From: Candidatus Methanoperedens sp.
GTDB taxonomy: Archaea > Halobacteriota > Methanosarcinia > Methanosarcinales > Methanoperedenaceae
Assembly: GCA_027460535.1 (NCBI GenBank)
Contig: JAPZAR010000036.1
Coordinates: 69,519-101,518 of the forward strand
DNA: 32,000 nucleotides
Reading direction: 5' to 3'
Below, piece after piece: positions 1 through 8,680 of this stretch. The stretch's first letter is position 1, and every line of letters starts with the position of its first letter. Under the pieces are notes generated by a model. That model was not told the DNA's origin. It did no database searches and was given only the letters and a program-made list of their open reading frames with translations. The position numbers and the translations under genes were made by a program.

Positions 1-374
1 CGCGCAAGTGTCGCATGCGCACTGAAATTCCTGTCCTTTTCGAATTTGAATGGGAAAAGCACGCGTTCTACTTCTTTATGCAATAAGTCAAAATTGCCTT
101 CTGTACCCAGCCAGATGACCTTTATATAACTGGGCTTCGGGAAAACACCTATACCTTTTATCCTTGCCTCGAAGGGCTCACAATTGATCCCTGATAGAGC
201 AGAAACGATAGGTTCGACTCTGTCTTCAGATATATCCCCCAGGAATTTCAAAGTTATATGTACCAGCTTTGGTTCTACCAGTTTGATACTTGGAGCTTTC
301 AGGATGGACTCTATTTTCTCTATATCCGGGATTAACCTTTCAGGCAATTCCACAGCGATAAACGTGCGTGTCAT
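1..374 (-). CDS. thpR: RNA 2',3'-cyclic phosphodiesterase / 2'-5' RNA ligase family (2H phosphoesterase); C-terminus cut by window edge
   Basis: Minus-strand ORF starts at ATG 374..372 and runs off the window, so it is absent from the supplied track. My hand translation is MTRTFIAVELPERLIPDIEKIESILKAPSIKLVEPKLVHITLKFLGD ... EKDRNFSAHATLA. It contains both H-x-T-x motifs (HITL, HATL) typical of LigT/ThpR. The track ORF 184..387(+) is its antisense shadow. Confidence 0.8.
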   Translation of the reverse strand, partial: MTRTFIAVELPERLIPDIEKIESILKAPSIKLVEPKLVHITLKFLGDISEDRVEPIVSALSGINCEPFEARIKGIGVFPKPSYIKVIWLGTEGNFDLLHKEVERVLFPFKFEKDRNFSAHATLA

Positions 375-642
375 ATTTTTTATATAGACACCTTGTTTGC
401 TTAAAAATTGTTCCAAAAACCTTTATTTCTTATCTGAATAAGGTTGTAAAAAAGCGTGGTTCTGGGGGTTATTGCTGGTGCGGATGCCCCTAATTCTTAC
501 ATAGGCTGGGATATGTTAGGTGTATTTAACCCCAGGCATCGCATTTTTGAGCGGGGTAATAACCATTGTACTGTTCGTTTTCAGATCTAAACCTATATCG
601 GCAAACAAATTCAATATGGCTCAGAGTGATTAGGAAACTAAA

Positions 643-1641
643 ATGAAAAAGATGTTGTATATTGGCGCTTTGGTAGTATTGTTATTAAGCGGATGTATCG
701 GAAATAGACCAGAAACACAAGCTCCTGAAATACATAGAAACTTCTCGGTAGAGTTGGTGGATTCCAATAAAATGCCAGTGGAGAATGCAGAGGTTTACGT
801 TGTCGAGCATAAAGATCAGTTTACTCCGAATAGCACAATAGTAAAGCTGATTACTGATGCCAAAGGAAAAGCCGAAATTGAGACTGTATGGAGCACTTAT
901 TTGTTTAGCTGGGACAATGTTCCTGGAATAGACAACAGCAGACTCCTGCGGGTGCTGCATAATGATTTCATTACCGAGGGCGGGGATCTGGAGAATGTGA
1001 CAATCATCAAAATAGATGATGGAAACACCCTCCAGGTCTTTAGCGGGGGGAAATCAGTCGAGATACAGCTCAACAAAGACAAGAAAGGAGCAGTGCTGAA
1101 AAGTAGCAGCTCTCCAGGACTAACCTCTGCTCTAGAAATAAAACAAGAAAACGGTAAGCTTAACATATACATGAGTGCTATCTATTATTCTTATTTTGCA
1201 GAGAAAAGAGGTTATTTTCCAAGCGTCGGGGATGGTGGAAGTTCAGAAAATGAAATAAAAGTTACGGCAGAGCTAGGTGGGCCTCTTGATGGGTCACATC
1301 TTGGTTATTATTTGCCTCAAGGGATAATAAAAATAACACCCGGACAGAAAGCCACTTTTCCTGTTGAACTCATTTCGCATAACGGATTTGAAGGCTTTGT
1401 AGAACTTAGCAGGGATAAAAGTTTACCCAAAGAGTTTCAGGTAGGCATGGAAGGCGATGGGTTATGGATTTCCAAAGAAGAAACGCGAACTGCAGACTTT
1501 TATATAAATGTCCCGCAGGATTATGAATTTCTTAGCCAAACAAATACAATTTCAGGAGATATTGTACTCAATGTTAATAGTACATCAACTCCAAATGAAA
1601 CGCTTCCTATTCCAGTTATGCTATTGTTCGAAAAGAAATAA
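643..1641 (+). CDS. hypothetical exported lipoprotein-like protein
   Basis: 332-aa ORF. The N-terminus MKKMLYIGALVVLLLSGC is a signal peptide ending in a lipobox-like Cys. The rest is hydrophilic and beta-rich-looking with no catalytic motif I recognise. Confidence 0.65.
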   Translation: MKKMLYIGALVVLLLSGCIGNRPETQAPEIHRNFSVELVDSNKMPVENAEVYVVEHKDQFTPNSTIVKLITDAKGKAEIETVWSTYLFSWDNVPGIDNSRLLRVLHNDFITEGGDLENVTIIKIDDGNTLQVFSGGKSVEIQLNKDKKGAVLKSSSSPGLTSALEIKQENGKLNIYMSAIYYSYFAEKRGYFPSVGDGGSSENEIKVTAELGGPLDGSHLGYYLPQGIIKITPGQKATFPVELISHNGFEGFVELSRDKSLPKEFQVGMEGDGLWISKEETRTADFYINVPQDYEFLSQTNTISGDIVLNVNSTSTPNETLPIPVMLLFEKK

Positions 1642-1739
1642 GCAACCTTATCCTCTCCCCGCAATGCTCTTCGAAATACTGAAAGCTCCATAACAATTTT
1701 GTCAAGCAACATACGGAAGCTCCGCACGGTTCTGCCATA

Positions 1740-1907
1740 TTACCCACCAAATTCGTTTAATCTTGTCTGACCAAAGAGTATGAGATTTCTCCCCTCAGAG
1801 TTTATCATTATGAGTTTTTTACAGTGTTCAATGCTTATGGTATATCCTTCCTCCACTAATCGCTCAATGCAAAGCTGTAGATGGCGAGAGTTGATACGAT
1901 GGTTCAT
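1740..1907 (-). CDS. small hypothetical protein (55 aa), below the track size cut-off
   Basis: Hand translation: MNHRINSRHLQLCIERLVEEGYTISIEHCKKLIMINSEGRNLILFGQTRLNEFGG, stop TAA at 1742..1740. On the minus strand it is preceded by AAAGGAGAAAACC-ATG (a Shine-Dalgarno-like GGAG six nt upstream). No family recognised. Confidence 0.35.
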   Translation of the reverse strand: MNHRINSRHLQLCIERLVEEGYTISIEHCKKLIMINSEGRNLILFGQTRLNEFGG

Positions 1908-2037
1908 GGTTTTCTCCTTTGTTCATGAATAATAATCTGGTTAGGTCAGCAATAGTAAAAGCTATAGGATAGCGGGGTGAAACTATTCATGAATCTAACA
2001 GGTTCATAGATAAATATGAAAAATTGCATTTGTTCAT
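1902..2037. promoter_or_regulatory. cluster of five [G/A]TTCAT motifs including two TTCATGAA palindromes
   Basis: GTTCAT occurs at 1902-1907 (overlapping the small ORF start), 1921-1926, 2002-2007 and 2032-2037; ATTCAT occurs at 1985-1990. TTCATGAA at 1922-1929 and ATTCATGAAT at 1985-1994 are perfect palindromes about 63 bp apart. Function is unknown; an operator-like arrangement is an inference. Confidence 0.35.
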
Positions 2038-2130
2038 ACGAAGTAATAAAATGCTACTTTCATTAATCTGCTCATGCAATCGTATTATAGACAAAAAAGC
2101 TTATATCATCGATATTACAAATATACTAAT

Positions 2131-2189
2131 GGGTAAAGGGGGGTGACTTATCCTATCCATATAAAGACTATTTTTCCCCTTACCCTTTT
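2131..2189 (+). repeat. inverted repeat / long-loop hairpin followed by TTTT
   Basis: GGGTAAAGGGG (2131-2141) pairs with CCCCTTACCC (2176-2185): 10 bp with one bulged A and a 34-nt loop, then TTTT at 2186-2189. It lies inside an 830-bp non-coding stretch. Confidence 0.3.
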
Positions 2190-2739
2190 AAGATTCGTCT
2201 TGTTTCATGATATATATGCGATAATATTTATACAATAAAATTTTTATCTTAATCTATGTGCATGTCATCACTTTTTCCCTGTCATCCCCCTCGGCTTTAA
2301 ACCTCCCCGGCTTATTTTTCATTTACCATTCATTCATTTTTGAAGGTTCTGTAAAACCGCACTGCTTCCGCTGGAAGATTGGATGCTTAAGATTAATACA
2401 TATCAAATTTTCTCTGACCAGGTTTCATCAGGGATAATCTTGGGATGTGTATTTCTTAATAGCGCTTTAGCTAATTGCTGGCAGATGAATTTTTCTTGAA
2501 TTCCACGTCAGGGTGCCATGGATTTAAGAAAACCCATCCCTGCTGAATATTAGAATATATTTTGTGATGTGTTGAACTTTTCATGGTGAACTCGGTGGCG
2601 TCATATTTAAGATAACAAGGGTTATTTGAGTGATATCAGAGTACGCGTTTCTATCTCAAGATGCAACCACGTGAAAAACGATGATAACTGTAGTGGAAAT
2701 ATTTCGACAAATTATTGAATTGGAAATGTCCGCCAGGCT

Positions 2740-5415
2740 ATGGAGGACAGTATAATGTTCACTGACTTTTTTATTAGAAATCTGGATTCGGTCTTCTTTA
2801 TTTATGGATTTGCGTTTACGATCCTTGGGATTATCATCTTCGTGCAGCTCAGGGTTACCAAACAGAGCAAATTTAGATTGCTTGATATTTTATGGCTTTT
2901 GGCCTGGTTTGGGTTCATTCACGGAATAAGCGAATTCATCGATATGTTCATGCTCATTAAAGGGAACCTTCTTTTCCTAAGAATTCTTGGTGCCTTGGTT
3001 TTGTTTATTTCTTTCTTATTTCTCTTCTTATTCGGTTATCGGATGATTAATATCGGCGAGAGAAAGAGACTCGGGTCTTGGTTTCCATTTACAATCGCCC
3101 TTTTATTTTTTGGACTGCCAGCAGTATTTGGAGCAACATCTTTTGATAACTGGAATATTTCATCAAGATACTTTTTGGGTTTTCCAGGTGCGATTTTAAG
3201 TGCTATTGGATTTGTTTTATATTATAAAAGTGAAGCTAAGAAATTAGGAGAAGCCAAAGTTAAAAAATATTTTATTCTTATCGCTTTATTATTTGGGCTT
3301 TATGCGATATTTGGAGGGTGGGTAGTCCCCCAAGCGAATTTTTATCCAGCTTCGGCGATAAACAACGCATGGTTTACTTCCTCGTTTGGCATTCCTGTTC
3401 AAATTTTCCGTGCTATGATTGCGGTGGGAATTGCCTGGTCTCTCTGGAATATAGTGAACATTTTCAATGTAGAAGAGACTGTCGAGCATAGGCGTGTGAA
3501 CGAGGAGCTTCGAGAAAGCGAGGAACGCTACCGCAAACTTGTAGAGTTGTCTCCGGATGCAATATCAATTCACAGCGAGGGCAAGATTGTATTTATCAAT
3601 GCTGCCGGTGCGAAACTTCTTGGTGCTGCAAATCCTGAACAATTGATTGGAAAACCAGTGATGGATTTCGTTCATCCTGATTATCGGGATATCGCCAGGG
3701 AGCGAATCCAATTGATGGGAGAGGAAGGGAAGAACGTATCTCCTGCTGAACAAAAGTTCATCAAACTTGACGGGTCAGTTATAGATGTAGAGGTGATAGC
3801 AATGCCTTTCACCTATCAGGGTAAGTCCGGGATACAGGTAATCATCCGCGATATTACAGAGCATAAGATGGCGGAGGAGGCATTGATACAATCTGAAGAA
3901 AAATATCGCATGTTAATAGATAACATTCAGGATGGCGTGTTCATTATACAGGGTGATAAGATCCAATTTGCCAATGAAGCATTTGCCAAAGTGGTTGGAT
4001 ACACGGTGCAAGAAGTTATAGGAAAGGACTTTAGAGAACTTGTTGCACCGGAGGATTTGAAGATAGTTGCAGATCATTATCATCGAAGGCAGGCGGGAGA
4101 GGATATCCCTCGTGAATATGAATTCCATATGCTGCACAAGGACGGGAGAAACAGAATGCTTGTCAATATGAACGTTGGACTTATCACTTTTCGCGGCGGG
4201 ATGGCAAGTATGGGGACAGTGAAGGATATAACGGAAAAGAAAAAACTTGAGTCGCAGTTACTCCGAGCGCAGCGGATGGACAGCATAGGAACGCTCGCCA
4301 GCGGCATAGCACACGACATCAACAATGTGCTGACACCAATAATGCTGTCACAGGAACTATTACAAGAAAAATTCACAGATGAAGAAAGCCATAGATTGCT
4401 TAATGCAATCGAGAGGAGTACACAACGCGGAGCTAGTTTGATGAAACAGGTTATGTCATATGCAAGAGGCGTTGAGGGTGAACGCAATGCGCTTCAAATA
4501 GCGCACCTTATATCGGAGATAAGGCAGATAGCAAAAGAGACTTTCCCAAGAAATATTGAAATCAGAACTGATATACCTAAAGACCTGTGGAATATCTCTG
4601 GAGATGCCACACAGTTGCATCAGGTTTTAATGAACCTCTGCGTGAATGCACGTGATGCGATGCCAGACGGCGGAATACTTCGCATATCTGCTGAAAATCT
4701 ATTCATTGATGAAGATTACGCTCATATCAATAATGATGCCAAAGTCGGTCCATACATTGTAGTCACAGTATCTGATACAGGAACTGGAATTTCTCCCGGC
4801 ATATTGGATAGGATTTTTGAGCCATTTTTTACGACAAAGGAACATGGAAAAGGCACAGGACTAGGTCTTTCTACAGCACTTGGGATTATGAAAAGTCATG
4901 GTGGGTTTATAACAGTATATAGCGAGATTGGAAAAGGAAGTGTATTTAAAGTTTATTTGCCTGCTATTACAACAACTGAAACACTGAAAGCGCAGCAGCA
5001 TCAACATGAACTGCCGGTGGGTCATGGAGAGTCAATTCTTGTTGTTGATGATGAAGACCAGATTCTTGAGTTAACCAGAAAAACATTGGAAACACATGGA
5101 TATAGAGTAATCACAGCCAATAATGGAGAAGAGGCGATTGCATTGTACAAACAAAATAGAGAAATAATAAAACTTGTTCTTATGGATATGATGATGCCGG
5201 TAATGGAGGGTCAGGAAAGCATTAGAATAATAAGCGGAGTCAATCCTGAAGTCAAAATCATCGCAGTTAGTGGATTGGCAGAGAAGGATAAACTTAAAAA
5301 AATCGCCGAGGCTCATGTAAATGCCTTTTTACCAAAGCCTTACACTGCCGAGAAATTATTGAAAACTATACATGAAGTTATAGGTGCAAAACATGGTGCC
5401 GGTGAGCATGTCTAA
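2740..5415 (+). CDS. hybrid sensor histidine kinase (multi-TM sensor, two PAS domains, HisKA, HATPase, C-terminal receiver)
   Basis: The roughly 260-aa N-terminus is hydrophobic and multi-TM. PAS-like segments are present (SEERYRKLVELSPDAISIHS..., SEEKYRMLIDNIQDGVFII...). The H-box is SGIAHDINNVL, the ATPase G-box is GTGLGLS, and the receiver is ILVVDDEDQ...VLMDMMMP...KP. The first ATG codons read atGGAGGAcagtataATG, so the second ATG at 2755 has a perfect SD 7 nt upstream and may be the true start. Confidence 0.9.
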   Translation: MEDSIMFTDFFIRNLDSVFFIYGFAFTILGIIIFVQLRVTKQSKFRLLDILWLLAWFGFIHGISEFIDMFMLIKGNLLFLRILGALVLFISFLFLFLFGYRMINIGERKRLGSWFPFTIALLFFGLPAVFGATSFDNWNISSRYFLGFPGAILSAIGFVLYYKSEAKKLGEAKVKKYFILIALLFGLYAIFGGWVVPQANFYPASAINNAWFTSSFGIPVQIFRAMIAVGIAWSLWNIVNIFNVEETVEHRRVNEELRESEERYRKLVELSPDAISIHSEGKIVFINAAGAKLLGAANPEQLIGKPVMDFVHPDYRDIARERIQLMGEEGKNVSPAEQKFIKLDGSVIDVEVIAMPFTYQGKSGIQVIIRDITEHKMAEEALIQSEEKYRMLIDNIQDGVFIIQGDKIQFANEAFAKVVGYTVQEVIGKDFRELVAPEDLKIVADHYHRRQAGEDIPREYEFHMLHKDGRNRMLVNMNVGLITFRGGMASMGTVKDITEKKKLESQLLRAQRMDSIGTLASGIAHDINNVLTPIMLSQELLQEKFTDEESHRLLNAIERSTQRGASLMKQVMSYARGVEGERNALQIAHLISEIRQIAKETFPRNIEIRTDIPKDLWNISGDATQLHQVLMNLCVNARDAMPDGGILRISAENLFIDEDYAHINNDAKVGPYIVVTVSDTGTGISPGILDRIFEPFFTTKEHGKGTGLGLSTALGIMKSHGGFITVYSEIGKGSVFKVYLPAITTTETLKAQQHQHELPVGHGESILVVDDEDQILELTRKTLETHGYRVITANNGEEAIALYKQNREIIKLVLMDMMMPVMEGQESIRIISGVNPEVKIIAVSGLAEKDKLKKIAEAHVNAFLPKPYTAEKLLKTIHEVIGAKHGAGEHV

Positions 5416-5434
5416 TTAAAACAGAAGAAACGAG

Positions 5435-5830
5435 ATGATGAATAGGAAAATCCATTTATCTGATACGCAGATCAAAATATTAGTTGTAGATGATGAGAAA
5501 GTTATAGTAAATACATTGAGGATGTCTCTTGAATCAGATAACTACAAAGTTGTCGAAGCATACACTGGTGACGGAGCGATAGAGAAAGCACGCAGCGAAG
5601 CTCCTGATTTAATCTTATTGGATATCATGCTTAGAGACATGACTGGCTATGAGGTATGTAACAGGATTAGAAAAGATCCATTGACCCGATCAATTCCAAT
5701 TATTATGCTGACAGGGATGGGTGAAATAGGAAGAATGGCAGGCATGGAATTAGGGGCAGATGAATATATTACAAAGCCATTTAATCTAAATGAACTTAAA
5801 TCGAAAATTCGTACTGTTCTGCGGCGTTAG
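5435..5830 (+). CDS. single-domain response regulator (CheY-like receiver)
   Basis: 131 aa. It reads ILVVDDE...DLILLDIMLRDMTGYEV...ITKPF, with the acidic pocket, phospho-acceptor Asp and conserved Lys (KP) pattern. It starts 19 nt after the kinase. Confidence 0.9.
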   Translation: MMNRKIHLSDTQIKILVVDDEKVIVNTLRMSLESDNYKVVEAYTGDGAIEKARSEAPDLILLDIMLRDMTGYEVCNRIRKDPLTRSIPIIMLTGMGEIGRMAGMELGADEYITKPFNLNELKSKIRTVLRR

Positions 5831-6053
5831 GCGGTCTGGATAAGGATATATTGAAATTAGCTAATCCTGTGAAACGGGTCGTCCACAGCATTGGTACACC
5901 TTATAGTTATTCTTGATTCTTTCATCAAATTTTTTTTCTGTAAAAAATCACCATCCACCTCGATCAACATTTAATAATTATTTGACTCGGACTCATCTAA
6001 AATATTCGTGCATCGATTAATCTTTAATACAAGCCATGCGTACTATTTAGGGT

Positions 6054-6428
6054 ATGAAAAAACTTCTGGCTCTCATGATACTTCTTTTTCTCATTTCAGG
6101 CTGTGTGAAAACAAAACCCAATGTCACCGATAACAGGTCTGAAGTTCCCGCACCCAACATTACAGCGGTCAATAATAAATCAGAGGCCCCCCCGGTTGTG
6201 GATATTGCAAAGAACGACCTTGCCAAAAGACTCAATATCTCTATCGATCAGGTCCAGGTCGTCAAAATTGAAAATGTTGACTGGCCGGATACAAGCCTCG
6301 GATACCCCCAAAAAGGAATGATGTATGCGCAGGTCATAACCCCGGGATTCAGGATAATCCTGAAAGTTGGCGATAGGTTATACGAGTACCACAGCGATAA
6401 CAGGCGGGTCGTAGGACCGGGTTCCTAA
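6054..6428 (+). CDS. small exported lipoprotein-like hypothetical protein
   Basis: 124 aa. MKKLLALMILLFLISGC is a signal peptide with lipobox-like Cys, followed by a Pro/Asn/Ser-rich linker and a compact C-terminal domain (VDWPDTSLGYPQKGMMYAQVITPGFRIILK). Confidence 0.6.
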   Translation: MKKLLALMILLFLISGCVKTKPNVTDNRSEVPAPNITAVNNKSEAPPVVDIAKNDLAKRLNISIDQVQVVKIENVDWPDTSLGYPQKGMMYAQVITPGFRIILKVGDRLYEYHSDNRRVVGPGS

Positions 6429-7231
6429 TAACTGATGTATTTCCCGGTATTTTTGAGGTGCCTGCCAATCAGCAGCCCTGCAAGCACACCGCTTAAATGG
6501 GCACTGCGAGCGATCGCGTCTCCCGAACCTATGAACAGCAGGTCAAGCAGGGCAAAAAATATCAGTGAATATGTTATTTTCATCGGGATGAAATAGACGT
6601 ATATTTCCATATGCGGGGCCAGGACTGTAAGGCATGCAAATATCCCAAATAGCGCTCCGGATGCCCCGATTGCGGGAGCAGAAGAATCCAGGACAAGAAC
6701 GGACCATAGCGAATAGCCAATACCTGCCACAATGCCGGAAAGGAAAAAGACCATCAAGAACCTGTTGCTTCCAATCCTGCGCTCAAGTTCAGGCCCGAGG
6801 AAAAATAAAAACATCATGTTGAATAGGATATGTATCGGACCTGAGTGCAGAAAGATATGCGTCACGAGAGTCCATGGACGTGTTAGAACTTCTTGAGGAA
6901 AAAGAGCCAGATCCAGAGTATACGATGGGATAAGATATTGCAGGATGAATGATATCGCAACCACTATCAGGATAGTCAGCGAATAATTGCTTTTCATTAC
7001 TGATAATGCACCCATCAAAGGGCTGTAAAATGGCTTTCTGTATTTCTTTACATTGGCGGCGGGTTTATACGGGAACTTCCCGCTCTCACGGACCTTTTCT
7101 TTGTAGGCGGCAAGTCCCTGGCAATCATGGGATTCGGGCAATCGGTGATTATAACAATATGACCTGCCGCAGAACTTGCATGTGAAGGGCATGGGGTCCC
7201 TGAAACCACAATAATCACATTCTTTTGCCAT
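6425..7231 (-). CDS. rhomboid-family intramembrane serine protease with N-terminal AN1-type zinc finger
   Basis: The N-terminus CDYCGFRDPMPFTCKFCGRSYCYNHRLPESHDC fits C-x2-C-x9-C-x2-C-x4-C-x2-H-x5-H-x-C (AN1). The membrane core carries HIFLHSGPIHILFNMMFL, the catalytic GASGALFG (Ser) and AHLSGVLAG (His). Confidence 0.85.
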   Translation of the reverse strand: MAKECDYCGFRDPMPFTCKFCGRSYCYNHRLPESHDCQGLAAYKEKVRESGKFPYKPAANVKKYRKPFYSPLMGALSVMKSNYSLTILIVVAISFILQYLIPSYTLDLALFPQEVLTRPWTLVTHIFLHSGPIHILFNMMFLFFLGPELERRIGSNRFLMVFFLSGIVAGIGYSLWSVLVLDSSAPAIGASGALFGIFACLTVLAPHMEIYVYFIPMKITYSLIFFALLDLLFIGSGDAIARSAHLSGVLAGLLIGRHLKNTGKYISY

Positions 7232-7257
7232 GGTACCTGAAATTTTATGTCCTTATA

Positions 7258-7968
7258 TCAGCCCGGGATAATAATAGGTTTGGATACTGTCTCTTTTTCA
7301 AATTTGCCTTGAAAGAAGACAAATACTTCTATTTCTTTTCCCTTTTCAAACTCCCTCATTTTTTTATCATACATTTGCTGGCTGTGCCTGAGAGAATGTT
7401 CTTTGAAAAGGTCTCTAATTGAATTCATGAATCTCAGTTTTTGCTCCAGGAACGCTATTTCATATTTTTTTACGTCTTTTACAATATTTTCGCTTGTTTC
7501 ATCGTTCATATCACTATAATAAAAACCATGCTGGTTCAAACCGGCTATATGTCTCCAATCAATATTTCCCTTTTCATCCGCCTCCCTGTGAAGCGTGTAT
7601 GGATATATCCTGCAGATAAGCGGCCTTATGTCATAATGTTCGCAACGCCCCCCGGTGTAGAATATACAATGTCCTCGTGATTTGTTCTTAAGGGCATAGC
7701 CCATGACATAGAATCTTCCCTTGTTATCGCAAAATTCATAATAAGGCGCGGGGCGAAGGAAGTCCTTGCCAGCATGTTCGATGATCCTTTCCGCATCCTC
7801 ATCAAGGAGAAAAACATGATCATTGAATTCACTGGTGCAGCATTTGCCACAGCTATTGCATTCAAATCCTACCTCACGGATTATTTCAATGAAATGGTCT
7901 TCCGGGAAGGAAATTATATCTTTTATTTCCCTCTCGATGTCGTTCGTTTTTATGTTTTCTGGAGTCAA
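7258..7968 (-). CDS. YkgJ-family cysteine-cluster (CxxCxxCC) zinc/iron-chelating domain protein
   Basis: It has CNSCGKCCTS near the N-terminus and the downstream pattern HCIFYTGGRCEHYDIRPLICRIYPY typical of this family. Confidence 0.75.
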   Translation of the reverse strand: MTPENIKTNDIEREIKDIISFPEDHFIEIIREVGFECNSCGKCCTSEFNDHVFLLDEDAERIIEHAGKDFLRPAPYYEFCDNKGRFYVMGYALKNKSRGHCIFYTGGRCEHYDIRPLICRIYPYTLHREADEKGNIDWRHIAGLNQHGFYYSDMNDETSENIVKDVKKYEIAFLEQKLRFMNSIRDLFKEHSLRHSQQMYDKKMREFEKGKEIEVFVFFQGKFEKETVSKPIIIPG

Positions 7969-7984
7969 GTCGATTAAACAGTTC

Positions 7985-8245
7985 TTATTCCCTTGTGAAA
8001 TATAACAATATGCTCAATGCTATGAACTCAAGTGCATCAGGGATTACCACATACACTGGATTATATCCCAGAAGATTCACTATTATCGGGTACACCTGCG
8101 GGGGAGGAGGACTGCCGATAATCAAAAGCAAGAGGATAGCCCGGGAAAAGCTCTGGAGCAGGAGCGCTATGGTGAAAATAATAAGCCCCAGAGTAAAATT
8201 AGATTTGATCTTGCTGTAAATCTCAAGGTAAGAAACAAAGAGCAC
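7985..8245 (-). CDS. small membrane protein; track start is GTG inside a predicted TM helix, and the ORF probably extends upstream to about 8302
   Basis: 86-aa hydrophobic ORF from GTG 8245. The same frame stays open upstream to the TAG at 8320..8318 and encodes IQITEVAYYITAGNIVLLL before the GTG, which completes a TM helix. GGAGGA (8314..8309) plus 6 nt precedes ATT (8302..8300). No ATG/GTG/TTG occurs in that extension. Confidence 0.55.
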   Translation of the reverse strand: MLFVSYLEIYSKIKSNFTLGLIIFTIALLLQSFSRAILLLLIIGSPPPPQVYPIIVNLLGYNPVYVVIPDALEFIALSILLYFTRE

Positions 8246-8317
8246 AAGAAGTAAAACGATATTACCTGCCGTGATATAATAAGCAACCTCTGTTATCTGA
8301 ATAAAATTTCCTCCTTC

Positions 8318-8554
8318 CTATTTATTCTTACTCTGCATATCAATTTTTTCCCAAATGTCATTGAACTCATTTAAATTGGCCTCCATAGCTTTGGAAATAA
8401 AATACATTGCGCCGTATTTGTCTCCTTCCATCGTTATCACTCCATTTTTAATAAGAACATCCAGATGGTGCCTGATTGTCTTATAATCCATATTCAAAAC
8501 CTCAGCTAACTGGTTTGCATTATACGGCCTGTCAATAAGATATTTCAGGATCAA
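8318..8554 (-). CDS. winged-helix (ArsR/PadR-like) transcriptional regulator; track start is TTG, with a probable upstream extension to about 8611
   Basis: It reads NANQLAEVLNMDYKTIRHHLDVLIKNGVI (HTH plus wing). Upstream in frame, SLKKLLWYLIAGTRGGQTRA matches (from my memory of the family) the conserved N-terminus of this archaeal wHTH family. That stretch contains no ATG/GTG/TTG, but GGAGGA (8623..8618) plus 6 nt precedes CTG (8611..8609). Confidence 0.75.
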   Translation of the reverse strand: MILKYLIDRPYNANQLAEVLNMDYKTIRHHLDVLIKNGVITMEGDKYGAMYFISKAMEANLNEFNDIWEKIDMQSKNK

Positions 8555-8680
8555 TGCGCGGGTCTGTCCTCCGCGCGTTCCTGCAATCAGATACCACAGT
8601 AGCTTTTTCAGAGATTCTCCTCCTACCCTGCAATTCAGGATAGATAACCAACCTAATTATTATAACTTATGGTAAAAAAT

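Noticed and set aside
200-220. tRNA T-arm-like string GGTTCGACTC.
   Set aside because: It sits inside the thpR coding region with no acceptor or anticodon stems around it. No other tRNA-like GTTCRAATC context was found in the spacers.
184-387. 67-aa plus-strand ORF from the track.
   Set aside because: It is antisense to the thpR/ligT-like gene, whose two HxT motifs I could read directly. The plus-strand product has no features.
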